DNA of 64,000 nucleotides, taken from assembly GCA_963733675.1 (NCBI GenBank), contig CAVTET010000004.1:704001-768000 (forward strand), given 5' to 3'. The notes under the pieces are model-generated. The model had not been told where the DNA came from. It ran no database searches and saw nothing but the letters and a program-made list of their open reading frames with translations. The position numbers and the translations under genes are program-made. Each line of letters starts with the position of its first letter. Positions within the stretch are counted from its first letter, which is position 1. Source of the DNA: an uncultured Methanosarcinaceae archaeon. Its GTDB lineage: Archaea > Halobacteriota > Methanosarcinia > Methanosarcinales > Methanosarcinaceae. Below, in pieces: positions 24,157-34,239 of this stretch.

Positions 24157-24933
24157 ATGCAAGTTAAAGACATAATGGTACAGCCACATAGAATTGACAA
24201 ATCAGACACCATATCACACGCTCTAGACCTTATGGAGAAAAAGAATACAAAAAGACTGCTAGTAGTCCACAGTGATCAGGTTCTTGGAATACTTACCATG
24301 AGAAGTCTGACAGAGCAGCTCGGAACTCGAAAGAAACTGAGCAAACCAGCATCCTCTCTGCATGTTGCAACAGCCGTATCCGACAACTTTGTAAAGGTTC
24401 TGTCAGATACCGACGTTAAAGATGCCCTTACCCTGATGAAAAAAAAGGGCGGCGTGATCATCGTCACTGATGAAGGAAATGTAATTGGTTGGGTGACTCC
24501 CCAGGAATTTATGAAAATAAGCCATTTCAACGGTTTTGTGGGGGAAGTAATGGAAAAAAGTCCAATCACTATTAGCCCTTTGGATCGTGTGAGTCATGCC
24601 AGGCATCTAATTCTGGACAAAAATGTTGGAAGGCTACCAGTTATTGAAAATGGAAAGCTTGTAGGTATTGTTGCAGAAGATGATATCGCTTTTGCTATGC
24701 GCTCTTTCCGGGATCTTGTGGCTGGCAATCAGCAAGATTCAAGGATCAAGAACCTACTGGTAGGTGATATCATGACTCGAAGTGTAGTCAGTGTCTATAC
24801 CAATACCCCTCTTTCAGAAGCTGTTCAGACAATGCTGGAACACGATGTAGGAGGTGTTCCAGTCTTTAATCTTGAAGAAGAACTTGTTGGTTTCCTGGCC
24901 CGTAGGAATATCATAAATACAATTGCAGAATGA
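24157..24933 (+). CDS. CBS domain protein (4 CBS)
   Basis: MQVKDIM start preceded by AAGGTG RBS (the ORF track extends to 24088); [13 protein letters not shown]. Confidence 0.88.
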   Translation: MQVKDIMVQPHRIDKSDTISHALDLMEKKNTKRLLVVHSDQVLGILTMRSLTEQLGTRKKLSKPASSLHVATAVSDNFVKVLSDTDVKDALTLMKKKGGVIIVTDEGNVIGWVTPQEFMKISHFNGFVGEVMEKSPITISPLDRVSHARHLILDKNVGRLPVIENGKLVGIVAEDDIAFAMRSFRDLVAGNQQDSRIKNLLVGDIMTRSVVSVYTNTPLSEAVQTMLEHDVGGVPVFNLEEELVGFLARRNIINTIAE

Positions 24934-26147
24934 ACCAAATATGAAAGCCAACATTCCACAGATGTGCACATGTGTATAATTTGTTTGCCTACTTGCCAAG
25001 TATTATTATTGAAAGCTAGATCAATTTTGAAGCTATTTTCATATTGAAAAAAAAGATGGGCCTTGTGTACATCTATAAAAAGTGGACTAGATGATAAAAC
25101 TTTCAGAAAAAAGAACCAGAAGAAGACTAAACTAATAAAAGTAGATAATTATTCAGACTGGAAAAAAAATCAATTGGCATCTTTACCGGGATTCAATGAG
25201 CGAATTTTGGTGGGCTATTTTTAGATTACTACCGGCTATTGATAATGTTTTTCATTTCTTCATCAGTTAGTAATCAGAAGTATCTATTGCATCAAAATGT
25301 ATCAAAAAGCTCGATGAACTTGACACTTAAAATCAACTTCATGAAAAATAGGACTAAGAGTTATTTTTGCTAACTTTGACAATATTAATAGCTTAATTGT
25401 TACAAAAATGGGGCCTACTAAATACAACATATAATAAAATAATATATATTCATAAATTTTATCGAATCAAATTGAGCTAAAAATAGGATTGATTTTCCAA
25501 TTATAAAAGTAGATGCTTCATCAATTAATCACAAATTGAAAACCAAAAATCACTTACTGATTCACATGCAACAATATCATATTTTTCTAATATAACTCAA
25601 TTTTTAAGAGCCAAAATTTTTTCATTGTTTCCATCTAAAAGTTGTTTTTTCATCAGATATACAGGGGATATTAGTGGGAAAAAAAAGTTTATGAGTGTCT
25701 AAACCAAGAGTTTTTTACGATTTCTGACAATTTAAATCAACAACTATAGGGTAGTGAAATTACCTAAAAGGACAGTTTAGCATCCATAATAAAAGTCACA
25801 TTTGAATTTTAGATAGCAATGCAATGATTAGTTTCAGCTATTTATAAAAACCAAATCTAAGAAACCCTACTATCAAGATAATGATGAAATTGATGGTCTA
25901 AAAAGGTGAGGTAAAAAGTATTTTAATTTGTTTGTTCCTGTTATTCGAAGAATTTCAAGCTCTTTTTCGAATTAAATACAAATTTTTTGATAAATCGAAT
26001 GGCACTCTACTGTACCTACTTTATACGTCTGTAGAGAACACGATAGATTAAGCATATGAAGATAAAGAGCTTCGAATCTAGTCAATTACGGAGTCATTTC
26101 TACAAATCAGAAGAAGATCAAAAAATTGTAAAAAATCAGTATATACC

Positions 26148-26423
26148 TCAAAAATCATACACGTTTCCTGTAGCTTCCTTGAAGATGACATCAAAACTGT
26201 CCACACGTGAAATAGTTGGTCCTTTCCGGAGGTCATTCATCATAATTTTTATGGCTTCACACCTACCTTCGGCTATCACTAAAACTCTTCCATCTTTAAG
26301 GTTTATAGGATTGCAGTCCACAAAAAGCCTATCGGCAGCGTTCTTTGCAAATCTTCGAAAACCAACGCCCTGTACCCTTCCTGATATATAGATTTCTGCA
26401 CGAACTGTATCTCCATAGTTCAC
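26148..26423 (-). CDS. acyP: Acylphosphatase
   Basis: ISGRVQGVGFR and NLKDGRV..AEG motifs, 91 aa. Confidence 0.9.
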   Translation of the reverse strand: MNYGDTVRAEIYISGRVQGVGFRRFAKNAADRLFVDCNPINLKDGRVLVIAEGRCEAIKIMMNDLRKGPTISRVDSFDVIFKEATGNVYDF

Positions 26424-26589
26424 ATTTGACTATTTTTGAACGAAAACTTATAAAAGCATTTGCTCTTCTAAAATATTTTCGAATCTAGTCAAATCCGAAA
26501 GCCATTCCTAAAAGTCAGAATAAAATCAAAAAATTATCTAATCTAATGGATTAGTTGATTATGATAACTAGAAATGACTCTTTTTTTCC

Positions 26590-27470
26590 AGAGAAAAAAA
26601 GAATCAGATTTATGGACAGCAGCGAGTAACTGCTTTAATGGCAGCTATTCTTGGCTAGTATGTAATAAATCAGGATTATAGGCGAAGAAGCTCAAAATTC
26701 ATTTCAGCCAACAGAAGAGAAGTTTGAAGTTTTGAACTCTGCCATACAGAAAGATAATGCTCAGATTCCAGACATCTATACAATCATTTCAGGGGAAACA
26801 AGCACCTTAAAAATTGTAAAAAATTATTGAGAGCATAGTCTAAAACTGAAGAAGACCATGTCTATCACAAAATTAAGAATCTCAAAAAATAACTCAAAAA
26901 TAACTTGGTTTGATTGAGCTGGATTCTGATCTGGACATTGAAACAGTGACTTAAATTTTCGTGTGGAAAAATTCCAAGGAGATTGGGCTGAGTCAGGCTG
27001 ATTTTGCAATATCCAACATTGCTGCAAATGAAACAGATAGTGGATCTACGATCAGGAAAGCGATTGATTATTTTTATCATCTGGCAGTTGCTCCGGAATT
27101 TTATAGTCAGACTGTTAATGTTACCAGGGAATTTGCTTCTACAGAGTATTTCCGGAAAATTACTTGGCCAAAGAATGAGAATGATGATCTCTGTGATCCA
27201 AAATATACGGATCTGCTGAGAGTCGTCTTGAAATCTGGATTCCGTAGGAGTAAACCATCGGATCTTATCGGTCTGTTTTCAGGGAGGAATGTTGAAATAA
27301 GGACCTACGAAGAGGAAATGCTAGTGGCTCTTTCAAGAAGCTTGAAGAAGAGACATATGAGTTTATAAAACGACACCAACTTCAAACGCTTTCTAAAGAT
27401 CATCAAATCTGCATGTTTTATTTATTCCAGTTTAGTCCACTCACAGGACACACTTGATTTTGCATATTAA
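26590..27470 (+). pseudogene. DUF262 / GmrSD-type restriction endonuclease remnant
   Basis: (D>Y)GQQRVTALMAAILG at ~26611, degenerate F.R.NS...LSQADFA, RKAIDYF.HLAVAPEFY; many stops and frameshifts. Confidence 0.7.
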
Positions 27471-27754
27471 TAATACTTCTAGCACTGAAAGTTAGATTAA
27501 TTTTCAAGCTACTGTCATTTGAGAAAATAGATGGCATTTTTTGTGTACATCTATGGAAAGTGGGTTTAAAACTCATGAATCAACAATTATGCGAGGGGCA
27601 AAAAAGCTCAAAAACAAAAAAAGTTAAAATTGACCTGAATAGTTGATCAGGTTGAGCAAGAAGCAGAAGACTAGAAATTAAATTTAGAAAGCCAGATAGT
27701 CATTATATTAGGCTTCATAATTAAAAATCTCTTTTAGTTATTAAAGCAAAAAAA

Positions 27755-27827
27755 CGCCCGGACCGGGATTCGAACCCGAGTCGGAGCCTCGACAGGGCTC
27801 CATGATAGGCCTCTACACTATCCGGAC
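27755..27827 (-). tRNA. tRNA-Asp (GUC)
   Basis: Cloverleaf GTCCGGATAGTGTAG..CT GTC GA..GGTTCGAATCC..GGGCG; CCA not encoded. Confidence 0.95.
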
Positions 27828-27937
27828 ACTTCAATGTCTTTAATAGCTGTTTTACTCGCGTTGCAAGTAAATCTTAGATGTTTTTCTAATATATTAATCA
27901 TTCTGTCAAAGTTTTCTATACTATTAAATATTTTATG

Positions 27938-28053
27938 TCCCGCCTCCCAGACTCGAACCGGGGACATCGCGGTTTCTGCGCAGAAATGTACGGGGAATTT
28001 TTCCCGTACGAGCCGAACTACAGCCGCGCACTCTACCACTGAGTTAAGGCGGG
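27938..28053 (-). tRNA. tRNA-Tyr (GUA) with 44-nt intron at 37/38 (27974-28017)
   Basis: CCCGCCT acceptor stem, CGCGG-CTGTAG anticodon arm interrupted by an intron, GGTTCGAGTC T-arm; bulge-helix-bulge compatible junctions. Confidence 0.95.
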
Positions 28054-28659
28054 ATAATATATGCTTATTCAGTGCTGCACAAGGCTGCGCTGCTTTATTG
28101 TATCATCTTCATATATGGTGATAATATTTATGTTTTTCGCTGAATGATAGCATCTTTTTTCACATTTTATACAAATTACTTAAAAAAATGAAGCAAAAAA
28201 AATGTATGAAAAGAACTATAAAGTCTCTTTTGCCAATGGTAGTTTAATTTTCCCTACTTTGTTTGGTTTAAATTTTCCCATTTTATTATCTAAATTTTAG
28301 ATGATCCCGATAAACCCAATCTTTGGCTTATTGTTTATAAAAACTATATAAGCAATTTGTTGAAATCGGAGATTTATCGAAATTCTCTTTACTTATATTT
28401 CATAGTTTAACCAAACCGAACATGAAATTCTTGAAGAACAATCGCAAATAAATAAAAATGCTTGCGAGGTTAACAGAGGACTTTCATGCTAAATCCAAAA
28501 CTATTTGAATCCCAGTTCTTATGGTATAGTAAGTAACGTTTAATCCAAGAAAGATTTCAATATTGTTTTATTCCTTAAACAAATTAAAAGCATAATTTTA
28601 GCGCGTTCAACAAGTATTGAGGTTAACTTCGTGAGTTACTTAATTTAATCAAGAAAAGA

Positions 28660-28807
28660 GGTTCCGTTGCAAAAAATCTGGTTATTTTACAAAACCAATT
28701 AAAAACATCACAACGGGGGTATTTATATCCATAAACAGGTCGATAATGATACAAAAAACAATAATTATAGCCTAAAAAGGCAGTAAAATTATTTTTGCAA
28801 CAGAACC
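28660..28807. mobile_element. IS6-derived MITE (148 bp)
   Basis: ggttccgttgcaaaaa ... tttttgcaacagaacc ends match the IS6 TIR; no coding capacity. Confidence 0.8.
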
Positions 28808-28927
28808 GTAATTACTGCTCAGACAGAATTTTTGGGCGATGAACGTGGTGGTAGGTTTCAATTGACTCAAGTAGGGCTATTATAAAACTAATTATGCATT
28901 AACAGGAATTGGTAATATACTTCATCG

Positions 28928-29071
28928 GGTTTCATTGAAAAAATGATATTTCCACAGTTTGATACTCAATTCTTACCTTTTTATACCATTTTCGGTGATG
29001 AGAATAATTAACCTTCCTAATTATGAAGGTTTTTTCTGATTTTGCAAGAAAGCCAGATTTGCACCAGAACC
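28928..29071. mobile_element. IS6-derived MITE, degenerate copy
   Basis: Aligns with 30613-30761 (taattatgaaggttttt..gattttgcaagaaagccagattt..gaacc). Confidence 0.7.
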
Positions 29072-29506
29072 CGATATCCTGCAGAAGTCCAGGAAGATAT
29101 AGATGAAACACTCCAAAATATGCACTCTGCTAAATGGTATACCCCCCCGAAAGTCGGAAATTTCAGTCTTTTCTTCAAAAGCAAAGCCTTTCTGAATCCA
29201 GAAGTTCATGGAATAGTTGATTGGGAACTACCTGAAGATTATCAAGAGATATATCCATTGCAAGTCCTAGAAAATCTATGGCCACTGTTAACGTTATGTG
29301 TAATTCCTATTCCCAAGTTTCCTCCAGCCACAGATTGGAGTCAAGTCGAAGAATTTATTAGAGATTGGCGGCTTCTATATAAATAACCTTGGGGTCGGCC
29401 TAAATTAACTTATAGAGACAGTGGTAAACTCGTGGTAAGGATCTCATTCGATAGCAATGGGTGGTGTTAGCCATCAAAAAATAGATCCTAGATTCGCTAA
29501 AGTGAT

Positions 29507-29953
29507 TTATGTGGGCTTTGAGGGATATTTGATAGCTAGAACTCTCACTATACCTAATATCAACAGCAGTGTCGATAGGCCTAAAATAAATTGAGAATCA
29601 TATCTTTGGGCATATAACCCTGCAGCAATTTCACGCATTACTATTAAAATTGTAACATTGGTTACATATGTAATTCTAACTTCTTCATGTACACGATAAT
29701 CAACAAAAGTCTTGAAAAGGTCGATAAGAACAAAAACTGTGAGGACATCGGATACTATATGACTAAAGCCCCCCCCAAGAGTCCCAAATAGAATTGATTT
29801 GATATTAAGGAGGATATTTGCCACTCCCACAAGTAGTGCTAATAGCAATACATAAAGAATGATAATAGTAACTAAACTAATTATCATTTTAAATATTTTA
29901 AGCTGATCTATCATAAATATATTATAATTAACTCTCATTTGACTCCCTTCCAT
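29507..29953 (-). CDS. Phosphate-starvation-inducible PsiE family membrane protein
   Basis: Four TM segments; DVLTVFVLIDLFKTFVDY..TILIVMREI pattern. Confidence 0.75.
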   Translation of the reverse strand: MEGSQMRVNYNIFMIDQLKIFKMIISLVTIIILYVLLLALLVGVANILLNIKSILFGTLGGGFSHIVSDVLTVFVLIDLFKTFVDYRVHEEVRITYVTNVTILIVMREIAAGLYAQRYDSQFILGLSTLLLILGIVRVLAIKYPSKPT

Positions 29954-30067
29954 AGAAAAGATGATGATTTCTTTAATTCCAGATATGTAAATATTTTATC
30001 AAAATATGTAAAATTGAGTATAATCTATTAAAGGCAATTTTTGTCCTTAATTTGATATGCCTTTTGT

Positions 30068-30600
30068 GGTTCCGTTGCAAAAAATCCTTTCTAATGATAC
30101 AATAGAATAAAAAGAAAACCAAAGATAGTAACATGCTATCTAATTCCTTTAAATGGAAGCATTATGAAGGGGAAATTATCTTATTGAATGTAAGATGGTA
30201 CTTAAAATATGCATTAAGTTATAGAAATTTAAAGGAAATGATGGCAGAAAGGGGACTAAAAGTCGACCATACAACAATCATGAGATAGGTACATCAATAT
30301 TCCCCCGAAATAGAAAAGAAGATAAGAAGACATTTAAGACCAACAAATGATTCGTGGAGAGTTGATGAAACCTATATCAAAGTAAAAGGTAAATGGAAAT
30401 ATTTTTACCGAGCAGTTGACTCAAATGGAGATACAATTGATTTCATGTTAAGTTCAAAACGAGATAGAAAGGCAGCGAAGAGATTCTTTAAGAAAGCTTT
30501 AAGTTCTAATCATAATCAAATTCCAAGATTAATAACCGTTGATAAGAATCCAGCTTATCCACCTGCTATAGATAAACTAAAAATGATTCCGTTGCAAAAA
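30068..30600 (+). mobile_element. IS6 family element, 3'-truncated second copy
   Basis: Same left TIR as 10721. Transposase from ATG 30133 has an in-frame TAG at 30286 (TGG in the other copy) and is truncated at ~30584 by another IS6 end. Confidence 0.9.
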
Positions 30601-30612
30601 CTTCAGAATAAG

Positions 30613-30761
30613 GGTTCCGTTGCAAAAATAATATTTCTGTAATTTGACACTACAATTTTCACCTTTATGTGTCATTTTCTTTCTAATGAAAATGATCAAC
30701 TTTCTTAATTATGAAGGTTTTTATGATTTTGCAAGAAAGCCAGATTTTTTGCAACGGAACC
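30613..30761. mobile_element. IS6-derived MITE (149 bp)
   Basis: ggttccgttgcaaaaa (30613) ... tttttgcaacggaacc (30761). Confidence 0.82.
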
Positions 30762-30772
30762 AAATTCTCTAA

Positions 30773-32161
30773 TTACTTGTTGCCATTAAAATGATCCGCC
30801 CTATGTACCTGAATTTTGTATTTCTCAGCAACTTCCTGGAAAGTATCTACCATATAGTGAACCTTTTCCCAGGAAAGGCCATATGTGTTCAATTTCCACA
30901 TGCGTGTAGCTCCCGCAAATTCTCCGACGATACCCTTGCTTGAGAGTTCATCTGACAGGAAGAAACCTTTGCGTTTATGTCCATGTGCTACGATATCGAA
31001 GTTATCACTTGTGTCTATTTTTGACAGAGTATGCTTGCGTGGGTACTCCGATAAAACCCTACTTCCTTCTATGGCAAGTAAACCATCGATCAGATAGTTT
31101 GACTTTTTTACCTCATCTCCCCAATTATGTACTCTCTCCCTTACAGTAGGAAAAGAAGCCATCATACCGATTAATGTCGAACCCATTAGTGTACAGCCAA
31201 GCATCTCGACTTCTTTGACACCAAACTTACGTTTTGTGACATCACCAACCATCTGCGTAGTGCGGAATATCTTGGGAGCCCATTCATCGGTTGTTGCCAG
31301 CACTCCCGAAGGTGCAGGTGATGCCATGCTTTTGTGGCCGGAACCTACGACAAAATCTGCACCAATATCCTTTCCGTCCACTGGCATGATCCCAACAGTG
31401 TACGCACCATTATATAGGAAAGGAATATCGTACTGGTGTGCAACTTTTGCTATGTCTTTTACATCATGTTCATTGGCATACTGGTAATCAAAGTGATCAA
31501 TTATCACCAGTACAGGCAGTTTGCCTGTTTCCCGTTTAACTGCTTCAATTTTCTCAGCAGTAAGATCTGCAGTTACAATATTATGCTCGTTTACAGGTAT
31601 TTCCTTAATCATTCCTCCGGCCTCTTCTACTGCCAAAAATTCGGTATAATGAGCTAAAGCTGAAACTATGACAGAATCATTTTTATTGACAATAGTAGAT
31701 GCCACTGCCTGAAAACCGCGCCTTGCTCCAGGAACGACACGTGCAACATCCATGTTTAGGAAACTAGCAAGTTGTTCATGGAATGGTCCAATAGGCGGAA
31801 CTCTGATTTTGTCTAGCCTAAAGGGCTTGCTGCAGGCATCACAGACTGAATATCCATCTCCATATGCTATGAGTGCTTTTCGTGCTTCTGGGGTAAGCCT
31901 TCCAGCTGCCTGAATTGGCTGTATATTGATGTACATTTCCTCCCTGGATCGAATGTTAATATTATCAGCTATCTTCCTAACTTGCGGAGTTCCAGTACAG
32001 TTTTCGATATCATCCAAGATTTTTCTTACTTTGTTTACACCTTCCTTAATAGAGTGTTCTTCTTCCGGACTAGTTACATTTGGAAGTGACTGTCGAAAAA
32101 TCTCGCGAACATCTTCAAGGGCAAAAAGAGCCTCAAACGTCTTTTGAATTCTTATATCCAT
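30773..32161 (-). CDS. pscS: O-phospho-L-seryl-tRNA:Cys-tRNA synthase (SepCysS) with ~65-aa N-terminal extension
   Basis: INIQPIQAAGRLT, GDGYSVCDAC, PGARRGF, PLP site GSGHKSMA, EMLGCT. Confidence 0.92.
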   Translation of the reverse strand: MDIRIQKTFEALFALEDVREIFRQSLPNVTSPEEEHSIKEGVNKVRKILDDIENCTGTPQVRKIADNINIRSREEMYINIQPIQAAGRLTPEARKALIAYGDGYSVCDACSKPFRLDKIRVPPIGPFHEQLASFLNMDVARVVPGARRGFQAVASTIVNKNDSVIVSALAHYTEFLAVEEAGGMIKEIPVNEHNIVTADLTAEKIEAVKRETGKLPVLVIIDHFDYQYANEHDVKDIAKVAHQYDIPFLYNGAYTVGIMPVDGKDIGADFVVGSGHKSMASPAPSGVLATTDEWAPKIFRTTQMVGDVTKRKFGVKEVEMLGCTLMGSTLIGMMASFPTVRERVHNWGDEVKKSNYLIDGLLAIEGSRVLSEYPRKHTLSKIDTSDNFDIVAHGHKRKGFFLSDELSSKGIVGEFAGATRMWKLNTYGLSWEKVHYMVDTFQEVAEKYKIQVHRADHFNGNK

Positions 32162-32859
32162 GAAATTACCTCAAAGCTTAGACACTGAATAGAACCGAAA
32201 TGAAATGGGTATGCAGTTCATTGAGTAGTTTTCCGCTATCTAAACATTCATTCCTCACATTCAGTATAATTTTGAGTCATTTATTTGTACACCTCTATTA
32301 TATGCAAAATACACAATTTTAGTATCTATTTGCCGATTTGTTCAATGTATATCAATGAAATTGACGTTAGTTTTTGGCTATTGCCATATTGAGAAAAGGC
32401 TAGCATTTTGTGTACTTTTACAAGAAGTGAGTTTGCTTAGTAATTTTGTACTAATTATCTATGACTGTGCCTTCATATCCGTGAATTAGATCACCATACT
32501 CAGTGATTTAAGTCCATACCAAGTGAATGGAGTCATATAAGTGATTGAAATCATATGTTAATTGGTAACACATAATTCACATTAGTGATTATAGGATTTC
32601 TATTGAAGCGTACTTATATTTGAATCTTCTTTTTAGAGCATATATCATCTCAAAGATTTTTTATATTCCTAAAAAAATTTTCAAGCCCTAAAATGGATAT
32701 TCTGTCCATTGGGTAGTATCTCTGCCATCTCGTAAATAATTTATTCATAATTGTTAACAGAGACTACATTATGATGTTGCTAATATCATTAATCTATTGT
32801 ATAAGAAAAGGGAGTCTCAAATCCATATAATTTGATATTTATTAGTTCAAATAAATACT

Positions 32860-33250
32860 AAGGATTCCAATTTACCTTCAATTTGTTCTTCGCGGGAATC
32901 CTGTCCAAATCTTTCTACTAATTTTTGTATTTGACCCAATATTTTCTTTTCGGAGTCATTATTCTTTTTTTAAAGATACCTTCTGCTACCTTCAAAATAC
33001 TTCTTTTATTTTCAATTTTTTCAACTGATAGAGATTATAACAAAAATCTATACACAACATCTTCATATTAACTCCATTAACAACAGTGACAAGAATCTTT
33101 CCTGCTTTGAATATCTTTTTAGTTACTGCATAAACTCATTTCCATGGAACTCTTTTTATGCAATCCTCTTGTTTCTTAATATATCCCTTATTTCCAGGGA
33201 TTCTTTTATTGCTCTTTTCATTGTTGCATTATAACCTTTTGATTTTGCGC
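32860..33250 (-). mobile_element. IS5 family transposase 3' remnant; related relics at 53405-54210 and 60138-60270
   Basis: AKSKGYNATMKRA..IRDILRNKRI..VYAVTKKIFKAGKILVT..FCYNLYQL; flanking sequence shared among the three sites. Confidence 0.7.
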
Positions 33251-33484
33251 CCGCAGTGCGTAAGTCCTAATAATGTAGAACCTAACCATCCAAAAGCAAG
33301 GAAGCAAATGTTTTTTGTGACAAAATCTATGCAGAAGTGAAATCAAAAAATCGTTTTTTGTAGTGAAAGAAAAGGATGTTGAATAATTATTTTTGCAGAA
33401 CTTTCAATACATTACTATTTAAATAGAATCGATAGCAAAGAAATTTATTGAATTGTACTATGTTTTCTTATACCTTTTTTGCAT

Positions 33485-33886
33485 TTACTGTGCGTTAATC
33501 GGTCAAATATCCTGAATTCCTACAAGGTATGGAACAATAAACTTCCAAACATATAGACAAAAATTGAGACATTTGTGAATCAAATTACTGTGCGTTAATC
33601 GGTCAAATATCCTGAATTCCTACAAGGTATGGAACAATAAACTTCCAAACATATAGACAAAAATTGAGACATTTGTGAATCAAATTACTGTGCGTTAATC
33701 GGTCAAATATCCTGAATTCCTACAAGGTATGGAACAATAAACTTCCAAACATATAGACAAAAATTGAGACATTTGTGAATCAAATTACTGTGCGTTAATC
33801 GGTCAAATATCCTGAATTCCTACAAGGTATGGAACAATAAACTTCCAAACATATAGACAAAAATTGAGACATTTGTGAATCAAATT
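33485..33886. repeat. Perfect tandem repeat, 4 x 100 bp
   Basis: Unit ttactgtgcgttaatcggtc...atttgtgaatcaaa recurs identically at 33485, 33585, 33685 and 33785. Confidence 0.98.
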
Positions 33887-34239
33887 TAAAAATAGCTAAC
33901 TACCTCACTTTCTGCATATGTATACAAAAATGCCATGGATTTTCTCAATATTGAATAGCTTGTACAAATATAATAAAACTTCACATTTAATTTAGTGCTA
34001 CATAGATCATAATGAATTTTACCATTGATATAGCTATTGATTTGTTTTTTTATTAACAAAGAAATTAGTTCAATGAAATTAAGATTTATTATTTTAAATG
34101 AGTAGAGTAAAAAGCTGTACAGACGAGATTTACTCAATCTGAAAACAATTAATAAGGAGTAAAACACTCGGTACTACAACTACAGGGAATACAATGAAAA
34201 GAAGTGCTAGTGGATGGAACCATAATAATTGTTTCAGAG

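Noticed and set aside
27755-28053. Intact integrative element at the tRNAs
   Set aside because: No integrase and no duplicated tRNA 3' end seen in the window
29042-29386. Complete 114-aa gene
   Set aside because: Its start lies inside the MITE; more likely the 3' part of an interrupted unknown gene
30286-30288. Pyrrolysine readthrough of the in-frame TAG in IS6 copy 2
   Set aside because: It is a simple TGG>TAG change at a Trp retained in the other copy, and the element is truncated anyway
33485-33886. CRISPR array
   Set aside because: Units are identical over the full 100 bp with no unique spacers, and there are no cas genes in the window
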